Assembly (NCBI RefSeq): GCF_009914755.1
Contig: NC_060925.1
Direction: 5' to 3' (one strand)
Length of the DNA stretch: 64,000 nucleotides
From: the human T2T-CHM13v2.0 reference genome, Homo sapiens
Each line of letters starts with the position of its first letter. Positions within the stretch are counted from its first letter, which is position 1. Positions 14,025 to 34,198 of this stretch are shown piece by piece. The translations under genes were made by a program, and so were the position numbers. Under the pieces are notes generated by a model. It ran no database searches and was not told the DNA's origin. It saw nothing but the letters and a program-made list of their open reading frames with translations.

Positions 14025-16320
14025 ATGCCCATTACCATCCCATTAAAACCTAATCACCCTTACCCCGCTCAACGCCAATATCCCATCCCACAGCACACTT
14101 TAAAAGGATTAAAGCCTGTTATCACTCGCCTGCTACAGCATAGGCTTCTAAAACCTATGAACTCCCCTTACAATTTCCCCATTTCACCTGTCCTAAAACT
14201 AGACAAGGCTTACAGGCTGATTCAAGATCTGCGACTTATCAACCAAATTATTTTGCCTATCCACCCCATGGTGCCGAACCCATATACTCTCCTATCCTCA
14301 GTACCTCCCTCCACAACCCATTATTCTGTTCTGGATCTCAAACATGCTTTCTTTACTATTCCTTTGCACCCTTCATCCCAGCCTCTCTTCACTTTCACTT
14401 GGACTAATCCTGACACCCATCAGGCTCAGCAAATTACCTGGGCTGTACTGCTGCAAGGCTTCACAGACATCCCCCATTACTTCAGTCAAGCCCAAATTTC
14501 AACCTCATCTGTTACCTATCTCGGCATAATTCTCATAAAAACACTCGTGCTCTCCCTGCTGATCGTGTCCGGCTAATCTCCCAAACCCCAATCCTTTCTA
14601 CAAAACAACAACTCCTTTCCTTCCTAGGCATGGTTAGTGCGGTCAGAATTCTTACACAAGAGCCAGGACCGCACCCTGTAGCCTTTCTGTCCAAACAACT
14701 TGACCTTACTGTTTTAGCCTAGGCCTCATGTCTGCGTGCAGTGGCTGCCACTGCTTTAATACTTTTAGAGGCCCTCAAAATCACAAACTATGCTCAACTC
14801 ACTCTCTACAGTTCTCATAACTTCCAAAATCTATTTTCTTCCTCACACCTGATGCATACACTTTCTGCTCCTCAGCTCCTTCAGCTGTACTCACTCTTTG
14901 TTAAGTCCCACAATTACCATTGTTCCTGGCCCAGACTTCAATCCAGCCTCCCACATTATTCCAGATACCACACCTGACCCTCATGACTGCATCTCTCTGA
15001 TCCACCTGACGTTCACCCCATATCCCCACGTTTCCTTCTTCCCTGTTTCTCACCCTGATCACATTTGGTTTATTGATGGCAGTTCCACCAGGCCTAATCG
15101 CCACTCACCAGCAAAGGCAGGCTACGCTATAGTATCTTCCACATCTATCATTGAGGCTACTGCTCTGCCCCCCTCCACTATCTCTCAGAAAGCCGAACTA
15201 GTTGCCTTAACTCAAGCCCTCACTCTTGCAAAAAGACTATGCGTCAATATCTATACTGATTCTAAATATGCCTTTCATATCATACACCACCATGTGGTCA
15301 CATGGGCTGAAAGAGGTTTCCTCACTACGCAAGGGTCCTCCATCATTAATGCCTCTAATAAAAACTCTGCTCAAGGCGGCTTTACTTCCAAAGGAAGCTG
15401 GAGTCATTCACTGCAAAGGCCATCAAAAGGCATCAGATCCCATTGCTCTAGGCAACGCTTATGCTGATAAGGTGGCTAGACAAGCAGCTAGCTTTCCACC
15501 TTCTGTCCCTTACAGCCAGTTTTTCTCCTTCACATCAGTCATTCCCACCTACTCCCCTGCTGAAACTTCCACCTATCAGTCTCTTCCCACACAAGGCAAA
15601 TGGTTCTTAGACCAAGGAAAATATCTCCTTGCAGCCTCATAGTCCCATTCTACTCTGTTGTCATTTCATAACCTCTTCCATGTAGGTTACAAGCCGCTAG
15701 CCCGTCTCTTAGAACCTCTCATTTCCTTTCCATCCTGGAAATCTATCCTCAAGGAAATCACTTCTCAGTGTTCCATCTGCTATTCTACTGCCCCTCAGGG
15801 ATTGTTCAGGCCTCCTCCCTTCCCTACACATCAAGCTCGGGGATTTGCCCCTGCCCAGGACTGGCAAATTGACTTTACTCACATGCCCCGAGTCAGGAAA
15901 CTAAAATATCTCCTAGTCTAGGTAGACACTTTCACTGGATAAGTAGAGGCCTTTCCTACAGGGTCTGAGAAGTCCACCGCGGTCATTTCTTCCCTTCTGT
16001 CAGACATAATTCCTCGGTTTGGCCTTCCCACCTCTATACAGTCAGATAGCAGACCGGCCTTTATTAGTCAAATCAGCCAAGCATTTTTTCAGGCTCTTAG
16101 TATTCAGTGAAACCTTTATATCCCTTACAGTCCTCAGTCTTCAGGAAAAGTAGAACAGACTAATAGTCTTTTAAAAACACACCTCACCAAGCTCAGCCAC
16201 CAACTTAAAAAGGACTAGACAATACTTTTACCACTTTCCCTTCTCAGAATTCAGGCCTGTCCTCAGAATGCTACAAGGTACAGCCCATTTGAGCTCCTGT
16301 ATAGATGCTCCTTTTTATTA
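14025..16320 (+). pseudogene. pol: HERV-H pol remnants (RT, RNase H, integrase), frameshifted and with internal deletions
   Basis: ORFs with YRLIQDLR, VLDLKHAFF, WFIDGSS, AELVAL, YTDSKY, HCKGHQ, WQIDFTH motifs; YxDD segment missing. Confidence 0.9.
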
Positions 16321-16936
16321 GGCCCCAGTCTCATTCCAGACACCAGACCAACTTGGACGGTGCTCCAAAAAAATTGTCATCCCTACTATCTTCTGTCTAG
16401 TCATACTCCTAGTCACCGTTCTCAGCTACTCACACATGCCCTGCTTTTGTTTACACTGCCGGTTTATACTGTTTCTCCAAGCCATCACAGCTGATATGGA
16501 TGCTATCCCCAAACTGCCACTCTTAAGTCTTAAAGTAAATAATCTTTGCTGGCAGGACTATGCTGAACCTCCTTAGGCACTCTCTAATTAGATGTCCTGG
16601 GTCCTCCCAATTCTTAGACCTTTAATACCTGTTTTTCTCCTTCTCTTATTCTGTTTAGTTTTTCAATTCATACAAAACTGTATCCAGGCCATCACCAATA
16701 ATTCTAAATGACAAATGTTTCTTCTAACAACCCCACAATGTCACCCCTTACCACAAAATCTTCCTTCAGCTTAATCTCTCCCACTCTAGGTTCCCACGCC
16801 GCCCCTAATCCCACTTGAAGCAGCCCTGAGAAACATCGCCCATTCTCTCTCCATACCACCCCCCAAAAATTTTCGCCGCCCTAACACTTCAACACTATTT
16901 TGCTTTATTTTTCTTATTAATATAAGAAGGCAGGAA

Positions 16937-17383
16937 TGTCAGGCCTCTGAGCCCAAGCCAAGCCATCACACCCCCGGTGACTTGCACATATACACCCAGA
17001 TGGCCTGAAGTAACTGAAGAATCACAAAAGAAGTCAAAATGCCCTGCCCTACCTTAACTGATGACATTCCACCACAAAAGAAGTGAAAATGGCCGGTCCT
17101 TGCCTTAAGTGATGACATTACCTTGTAAAAGTCCTTTTCCTGGCTCATTCTGGCTCAAAAAGCTCCCCTACTGAGCACCTTATGACCCCCACTCCTGCCC
17201 GCCAGAGAACAACCCCCCTTTTGACTGTAATTTTCCTTTACCTGCCCAAATCCTATAAAACGGCCCCACCCTTAATTCCCTTTGTTTTCTTTTCGGACTC
17301 AGCCCACCTGCACCCAGGTGAAATAAACAGCTTTGTTGCTCACACAAAGCCTGTTTGGTGGTCTCTTCACACGGCGCATGAAA
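16937..17383 (+). mobile_element. 3' LTR7
   Basis: 447 bp copy of the 5' LTR with an extra 50-bp U3 repeat; AATAAA at 17322-17327. Confidence 0.92.
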
Positions 17384-17468
17384 CTCCCACCTCAGCCTCC
17401 TGAGTAGCTGGGATTACAGGCACCCACCACCACACCTGGCTAATTTTTGTATCTTTAAGAGAGATGGG

Positions 17469-18156
<688 letters not shown>

Positions 18157-20052
18157 TTACCATGTTGGCCAGGCTGGTCTCAAACTTCTGACCTCAGGTG
18201 ATGCACCCACCTTGGCCTCCCAAAGTGCTGGGATTACAGGCCTGAGCCACTGCACCCAGCCCATGTTGCTGTTTGATCAATATCTGCCTCTCAGCTAGAC
18301 TGCCAGCTCCCTGAGGGCCGAGACACTGATTTGTAGGTGCTCAGCAAGTGTCGGTTGAATAAATTAGTGAATTAATTGAGGATTGGAGGGGGTGCCAATA
18401 AGCAGGGCAATAGCAGGGGAGGGGGTTCTGGATCCGTTTGGAAAATAAGCTGAAGAATAATGTCAACTTGATTTTAGATGTCTTAATTTCTCAGACTGAG
18501 GAGCAGCACAGCTCCCTCCCATGTAGTCCCATAACCAGGAAAGTGCATGGAGGAAAAAGGACACAGACACTTCCCTGGCTGGGGGGCCACAGTGCCTGTG
18601 CTCTCCTGTAGCCTGGAACAATTCGCTTTGCCTCATGGTGCCCGGGGCTGCCCCTTGGAAAAAATACAGCCACCCAGTGCAGGGCTGGGACTGGGTGTGG
18701 GAAGTGAGGCACATCCTCTGTGCTGGTGGTACAAGTGCAAGTGCAGATTCTGGGGCCTCTCACCTCATCCTCATCCCAGCCTGAACCAGTGTTTGCCTTG
18801 CCCATGTCGGGAAGAGATCCCATGATAATTTCAGAGATGCTGAGTTTCCTGGCTTAAAAATTCCTGGTCTCCAGTGCCAGCGTGGTGTGGGAAAACACAT
18901 GCAGCTCCCCCATCCCCCAAACCTGGGAGAATGACCCTGGTAGGTTCCGCCCCAGGGCACCTGGAGATCTGAGCATGGAGGTCTTCCGGGAGCCTCACTG
19001 TACCTGCATGGTCCTGCTTCCACCTGCCTGCCTTGCACTGAGCACTAGAGGCTGAAACAAACATTAGCAGAAAATCCAGATTCTAGAAACAGATGACATG
19101 CGCCCTGAGATGACGCCCTAACATGCGCCCTGACACGCGCCCAGGGATGACAGGCATCCTTTTGAAGCATTTACTTGAGAAGAAGTTCAAGTAGGGTTAA
19201 GTTATTCCATATAACTATATTCCATATCGCACGTCTCCGTTCCTGCAATGGTAGCGATACTCCATAAATATGTGTTGATGAATGGACAAAACTAAAGGGA
19301 GGGAAGAAAGTGGGGGAGAATCTTGAGCTCTGTAGCTTTGGAAGGAGAAAGAATACAGTGGAACCTTTTCTGAAGCTCTCAAGGAACGTGTCCTTGGAAA
19401 AATGTGACTCTCCCCCTTCTCCTAGCTTGCTCCCTCATCCTGCAGAAAAGCCGCTCCTCCCTCTTCCATGGCAGAATGGTATTGGCAGGGGAAACCTAAT
19501 GTGCTAGGCAGAGCTGGGAATAGAACTCAGTCTCCTGAATTCCATATATTCTCTTTCCACCGATGTCTGCTAAGTGCATCCAGAATTGCTCTGGTGGACG
19601 GGGCAGGTCAATGAAAGCAGCAACTTGAGCTCCTTCCAGCAGGTGCCGCCTTGCATCACCTATGATCCCATGTGTCATTCACGTGTATGATTGTATATGA
19701 TCCTCTGATCCCCTGCCCAGCCCAAGCCTCTAAGCTCCTCCATCTGTCGCAGGAGCCTGGCCTGTGGTCATCAGCAGGATTGTGAATGGATCCGCCCAAA
19801 CTTGTCCTACTGGAAAGAGAATTCTGGTCTGCTGGACGAGTAGATCCTTTCTTTTCTGTTTAATTATTCATTTGTGCCATTTGATTTAATATTCTTAATG
19901 TTAACATAACGCGTATTTGTTGAAAAAATAATATTGGTGGAAACATTGAGGTACAAAAAGGTCAGGAAGAAAAATCCCCCCTCTTCCACCCCCGGAAGCT
20001 GTCATGATGATTTCTCACTTTGGCCTACTCTCTTCGTCCCCTTCGCCCTTCA

Positions 20053-20083
<31 letters not shown>

Positions 20084-20401
20084 TATTCATGGTTCAACTG
20101 ATCCCTGTTGACACATGGCACGTTAGCTTTGGGTTGCGAGGGCTCCAGGCATCTCGGCCTCCCAGCTGGTGGCCTGTCATCCTGGGAAAATTTTCAGATT
20201 CGGTGCATTTTTAGGCCCAGGAAAAAGGCAACAGCTTTAAAATAAGGCATCAGAATTTGGGACAAACTTTCCGAAGCCTACATGTGAGATTTGAGATGTT
20301 TTTCAGGGGCGGCTAAAGACAAAGCTGGTAAGTAGGGTATGTTGAGGTCTATTTTTAGGGAATATGGTGGGCTAAGTTCTTGGGATTAACACTCCTATTG
20401 A

Positions 20402-24047
<3,646 letters not shown>

Positions 24048-24379
24048 GAAGTGGGGGGAATGTCCCACAAATACAACGTTACCCAGCATGCTGTTGACAT
24101 TGTTACAGACAAACAAGTTAAGGGCAATATTCTTGCCAAGATAATAAATGTTGTTATTGAGAATGTTAGGCACACAAGATAAATTCCTAAAACACATTGA
24201 ACAAAAAAGATCAGTAAAAGAAAGAAGCCAAAGAGAAAGGTACCTATGTTCAACAGAAACACCAGCCTACCTCACCTGGAACAGCACACTTCATGAGAAC
24301 CAAAGAAGCCTGAGCTGCTGGAACCTATTCTCTATGAAACTGTGGCATAATAGGTGTAAAAAAATTAAGATTTCTGGTT

Positions 24380-24658
24380 GAAGAAGAGGAGGAGGAGGGA
24401 AGGAGGAGAAAGAGGAGGAGGGGGAGGATGAGGAGAAGAGGAAGAGGAGGAGGAGGGGGAGGATGAGGAGAAGAGGAGGAGGAGGGGGAGGATGAGGAGA
24501 AGAGGAGGAGGAGGAGGAAGAAGAGAAGAGAAGGAGGAGGAGGAAGAAGAGAAGAGGAGGAGGAGGAAGAAGAGAAGAGGAGGAGGAGGAAGAAGAGAAG
24601 AGAAGGAGGAGGAAGAGGAGGAGGGGATGAGAGGAGGAGGAGGAGGGGGAGGAGGAAG
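24380..24658. repeat. Polypurine (GGA/GAA) tandem repeat
   Basis: ~280 bp nearly pure A/G with higher-order units. Confidence 0.92.
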
Positions 24659-24664
24659 GCAGCA

Positions 24665-24958
24665 GTCAGGTGAACACACAGAGATACATTGAAACACACG
24701 GGGAAGAAGGCCATGTGGAGACGGAGGCAGAGGTTGGAGTGATGCATCTACAAGCCAAGGAACATCAAGAATTGCTGGCAACCACCAGAAGCTGGGAGAG
24801 GCATGGAAAGATTCTCCCTCAGAGCCTTCAGAAGGAACCTATCCTGCCAGCACCAGGATTCTAGGCTCCTGGCCCCCAGAACTGTGAGAATAAACTCCTG
24901 TTGTTTGAAGCCACTCATTTTGTGGTACTTTGTTACAGCAGCCAGAAGAACAGAACAC
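24665..24958 (+). mobile_element. MaLR LTR 3' part (MLT1B/C-like)
   Basis: ggccatgtggagacggaggcagag...acaagccaagga...ccagaactgtgagaataaa...tgtggtactttgttacagcagcc. Confidence 0.8.
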
Positions 24959-25937
24959 AGGCACCAGGCACCGTGTAGGGAATTGGAGAAAATGGGGTGG
25001 TAAAGGCAATCCTGATTCTATTCACACCCATGAGAACCACCAATGTCATCTTTCCACCCTTCAAAATTTCCCTTTCCCTCACTCACCATCCCCAGAAATG
25101 GTTTAATATCAGGATAAGCCATTAAGAAATTGACAAGGAAGGCAGGGCCAGTCAAGTGCTTGGGGATCCTTCACCCAGTGACAGGCCCACCAGCTTCCTA
25201 CGTGATATGGATGGCCCTGGGGGAGCCGCCCATGTTCCTGTCTCCCATGAGCTACCCTGCAGTTGCTTCTGCCACCTCACACCCCTTTTGGAAGTCGCAG
25301 CCCATGGCCTTCCCTAACAGTGCTCTGGCTGGGAGTGACAAGGATGCAGGTGGACATGGGACCCCCGTGTTCCCAGCATGCCACCTGTCTAACCAAGAAA
25401 GCAGGCTTCCTCAGCTTCTTTTTGAGAGCCACAGTGAAGCTCAAAAGCTTGTGGTAGCTCCTCAAAAGCCCTAGGACATAGCGACAGTGGTAAAACGAAT
25501 ACTTTCCAGAGGACATAGCAGGGCAGAAAGGAAATGGAAGGGACAGAAAGGGAGACAAAGAGGAGAGGCAGGCAGGCAGGCTGACCCCATGGGCAGAGCC
25601 CATTTCCCTGCAGTCCTTCTAGCTGAGGCACTGCTGGGTGAGGCCATGCCACTTTCTATGTCCCTGGAGCTGGGGAGAGAAGCAGGCCTTCTTGAGCACA
25701 ATAAGGGATGTGTTTCCTCCATAAGAACGAGGATCTGGAACTCATCCCATCTTGTCAGAAAGCAATACTGTGCAGTGGAGCAGCCTCACAGTCACAACTA
25801 ACTGCACAGAGTGAGAAACAGCCCAGCACCCACAGAATCCAAACAGTTCACAGTCAGGTGGTGCCCCCACCTCCTCTCCGCCAGCAGCCCCCAGTGTGCT
25901 CTGTGGCAAAAAGAGACTCAAGAAGAGCCTAGTATCA

Positions 25938-29505
<3,568 letters not shown>

Positions 29506-29609
29506 ATGACTTGTTACATGCAGAACACAACCCCCTCTCAGATCTGGAGATTCAGTAGGGGAACACCATAGGCGGAGCTGAGACGCCCTCTGAGAAACAG
29601 CTCTCCAGC

Positions 29610-29630
29610 CCCAGCACCATGGTCAGCGCC
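29610..29630 (+). promoter_or_regulatory. RE1/NRSE (REST) motif
   Basis: cccagcaccatggtcagcgcc vs consensus TTCAGCACCATGGACAGCGCC (18/21, canonical 2-bp spacing). Confidence 0.7.
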
Positions 29631-29968
29631 CGCTGCCTGAGGGGACCCAGGGCCACCAGCGGAGGCCGCCCCGGCAGTGCTGGCAACACTCGGGAGCGCT
29701 GCGCAGAGGAAGAAAGCTGCCTCGCCACACCCCAGAGGGTCAAGTCAGGCCACCACTAGCTGCCAGTGATCTGGAATGGATCTGATCCACTGCAGAAACC
29801 GGCAGGGGAGCATGGGAAGATGTAAGTTTTGTCTTCCAAGGAGCCCATTCATTTGGGGTATCGTGAAAAGTGACTTAAGAGGATGTGGGGGATGGGAATC
29901 CCTCTTCCTGCTCCACTCCCGCCCCAAGCAAATAAACACGACCACTTTACGCAGCTTAACAGAATGAC

Positions 29969-29974
29969 TTTAAT
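29969..29974 (-). terminator. ACTA1: ACTA1 polyadenylation signal (ATTAAA)
   Basis: tttaat on +, ~225 nt after the stop codon, followed on - by GT-rich sequence. Confidence 0.8.
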
Positions 29975-30199
29975 GCTTCTTCAAGTTTTCCATTTTCTTC
30001 CACAGGGCTTTGTTTCGAAAAATAACAAAATGAGGTAATAAGTTAATGTATGTACACGTTATAAACACTGTGTCAGTTTACGATGGCAGCAACGGAAGTT
30101 GTTACAAAGAAAGTGACTGCGGGGTGGCTGGAGCTCAGCCGCCCCCCCATTGAGAAGATTCGTCGTCCTGAGAAGTCGCGTGCTGGAGGTGGAGTGTGT

Positions 30200-31885
<1,686 letters not shown>

Positions 31886-32709
31886 TCAGCGGCAGGGGGG
31901 GTAAGCCTGGCTGGCCCCGACGTCCTCCCTCCCCAGGAACCTAGGGACATCTCCTGCCGGAGCCACTCAAATTCTGCCAGGGCGGCGACCAGGGGTTCTC
32001 TTCTCGACCTTTGCCCCGGCTAAGGGCTGCCCTGAACCAGGAAAAGGGGCACAGGGTCGCGAGACCCCACTGAGAAGTCCTCTGTCCACATAGCCAGGGG
32101 AACATGTTCCCCAAGACCTGTCTGCCCTCCCTGCCTGACACCTGTTCCAGGAGCTGGACGCTAGTGCCCATCCTCTCTGCGCCTCCCTGACCACATCTGT
32201 CACCTAGGGAGATAAGGCCTCAGCACTGCCTGCTTGCTGGGCCAGCGTGAGGGTGGAAGGAGATGCCCATGGGAAAGGCGTTGGCACCCCATCCAGGGAA
32301 GAGTGGCCTGTTAGGAACCCTGTGACATTTCAAACTCAGAAAGGGCCTTTTCGCCTGTTGGAAACCCAGAATGGGTGGTCCTGGCTGCTCGCTCATTCGC
32401 TCTAGCGCTAGTTTGGAAGGGAACTGCCTTGGCGACAACTAAAGCAAAACCGTTTATCTCCCTAGGCACATCCTACATGCCAGGTAAAGGAGCCCAAAGG
32501 GGCTAGAGAAAAATTTGGAGAAGTCTAATTTCCAGAGGCTGACTGTCTTGTCTCCTTTTTAAAGCGCGTGTGGCTCCGGAGACGAGGCACAGCGCTCAGG
32601 GCGCAGGCCTGGGGCTGACCAGGTGAACCGACTGGGTTCTGCCCCGGAGTCCTTCAGGTTCCCCTCGGTAGTGCCCTGTCCCCCTGTCCCCTCCCAACTC
32701 CTGCCCTAC

Positions 32710-32802
32710 CTGGGCGGGTAGCTACAACTGCTACTCTCGGCTCGGGCCCTGGTCGCCGCGGGAGGGAAGCGAGGCTTCACTTGGCGCTGTCCGCTGCGGT
32801 GG
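32710..32802 (-). other. ACTA1: ACTA1 non-coding exon 1 (TSS approximate)
   Basis: Starts ~22-30 nt after the TATA box; ends at donor CAG|gtaggg. Confidence 0.85.
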
Positions 32803-32823
32803 CCGCTTGTCCCTCTGCTCAGG

Positions 32824-33024
32824 TTTTATATAGCCCGCGGGCATTCCCTCCGCGCCACCCCGCAGGAATGTCGCTGCCCTTCTCGAGCCATATTTGGGTG
32901 TTGGGCACTAGAGCCCCCTCCCTCGGCCGGTTCGCGGCCTGGGCCCCCGCCCGGGTCCCCTGCGTTGACCAAAGAAGGAGCGGGTTGGCCCGGTCCCAGG
33001 TAACGCGGGCCGGGCCGTATATGG
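32824..33024 (-). promoter_or_regulatory. ACTA1: ACTA1 proximal promoter: TATA (32824-32832), MCAT/TEAD (32864-32870), CArG boxes (32888-32897 perfect; 32969-32978 and 33015-33024 imperfect)
   Basis: On - strand: TATATAAAA, CATTCCT, CCAAATATGG, CCTTCTTTGG, CCATATACGG; classic sarcomeric actin promoter layout. Confidence 0.92.
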
Positions 33025-33965
33025 AGTGTCTCCCTAGCGGGTTTGCCCCTCCTGACCCGACCCAGTTGCCCGCCGGAGGGGATGGGGTGGGGCAAGGGTC
33101 ACCGCGTTCGCCGGTGGGTGCATGTGTGCGCCTGCGCTCCGGGAACCGCACCTGTCCCAAAGGCCTCCCCAACCATGTCCACTCTGAGCGCCCTGGGCGC
33201 TCGGGAAGGTGCCTGACTGCTGACTTCCAATATTTCAACTCCTCTTCGGGTTCTTTGCTCAGATCCCCAAACTCCCACTTGCGACTACCGGGAAGAGGGA
33301 GTCGTGTGGAGTGGTGGGCTTGGGAGGATTGGAGAAGCAGTCACTCCTGAGTCTCAGGAAGGGAAGGAAGGCGAACTCCCTCTCCTTTACGCCCCTGGAA
33401 CTCCATTTCTCTCTTCCCACCCCCGAGCTCCCTGAATCCAAAAAGCTGAGCCACGTCGACCCCTTCCCCCACCGCAGAGAGGGCCACCGGCGGCCGGAGG
33501 GCGCGCAGCTGTCGCAGGATAGACAACTGGCGGGGGGAGGCGAGGGCGGAGCGCCGGGGAGGAGGCGCGGGGGCTCCCGGGGATAGGCCTGTCAGGCGCA
33601 AAGCCTGAGCACACGGAGCTGTCCGCCTCAGGGACGCGCAGCGCCCTTGGGTCTCCTAAAGGGATTGAAGGGGTGAGGGTTCCCCTCCTGTAGGACGCAC
33701 TGGCCCCAGGTTTTGGTGGGCTGAGGCCCTCCCCCAGCCTCTTTGGTGGCACTATGTGTGTCCCTCTCCTGGGGCTGAAAGACAAGGGTCACAACCCAGG
33801 ACTGGCTAGACCTGGAGTGGAGGTGGAGATGGGTGAGGGGCTCTTCCTAGATGAGGCTTAGCTGGTCCTTCCTCCCAATAAATTGGAGGGGGTGGGGGGA
33901 CAAGGACGCGGCACTCTAGGATGGGTGGCAGTTTTTCCTTCTGCAAAGGCTGAACAAACTCATCT

Positions 33966-33975
33966 TTATATTTAG
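33966..33975. promoter_or_regulatory. MEF2 consensus site ~1.2 kb upstream of ACTA1
   Basis: ttatatttag matches YTAWWWWTAR. Confidence 0.55.
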
Positions 33976-34164
33976 AGGATGATGCCTGCCAAGGCCGGGC
34001 TGCCTCCCAGTCCACCTTGGAGTCATCATTTACCAGAGCCTGCTGCAGGTTCTATTTATATCACTGATATATGGGGCTATGCCTTTCAGATTTTCTAGAA
34101 GGATTTGGAGCTACTTATGGTAAAGTAGAGTGGGGGTCAGCAGAGGTTACCCAGTTGGTGCCTG

Positions 34165-34167
<3 letters not shown>

Positions 34168-34196
<29 letters not shown>
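34168..34196. repeat. (CT)n microsatellite
   Basis: About 14 CT units. Confidence 0.9.

Positions 34197-34198
<2 letters not shown>

Larger units (their letters stand above)
11135..17383 (+). mobile_element. HERV-H provirus (LTR7-int-LTR7), defective, env largely deleted
   Basis: Paired LTRs starting tgtcaggcctctgagcccaagc and ending catgaaa; His-type PBS; gag/pro/pol remnants; PPT aagaaggcaggaa (16924-16936); CTCC duplicated at 11131-11134 and 17384-17387. Confidence 0.95.

Noticed and set aside
24325-24781. Poly-Ser/Pro/Leu and poly-Glu/Arg ORFs
   Set aside because: Artefacts of the GGA/GAA repeat.
32781-33350. 189-aa ORF diverging from the ACTA1 promoter
   Set aside because: Non-ATG start in a CpG island, low complexity, no recognisable homology.
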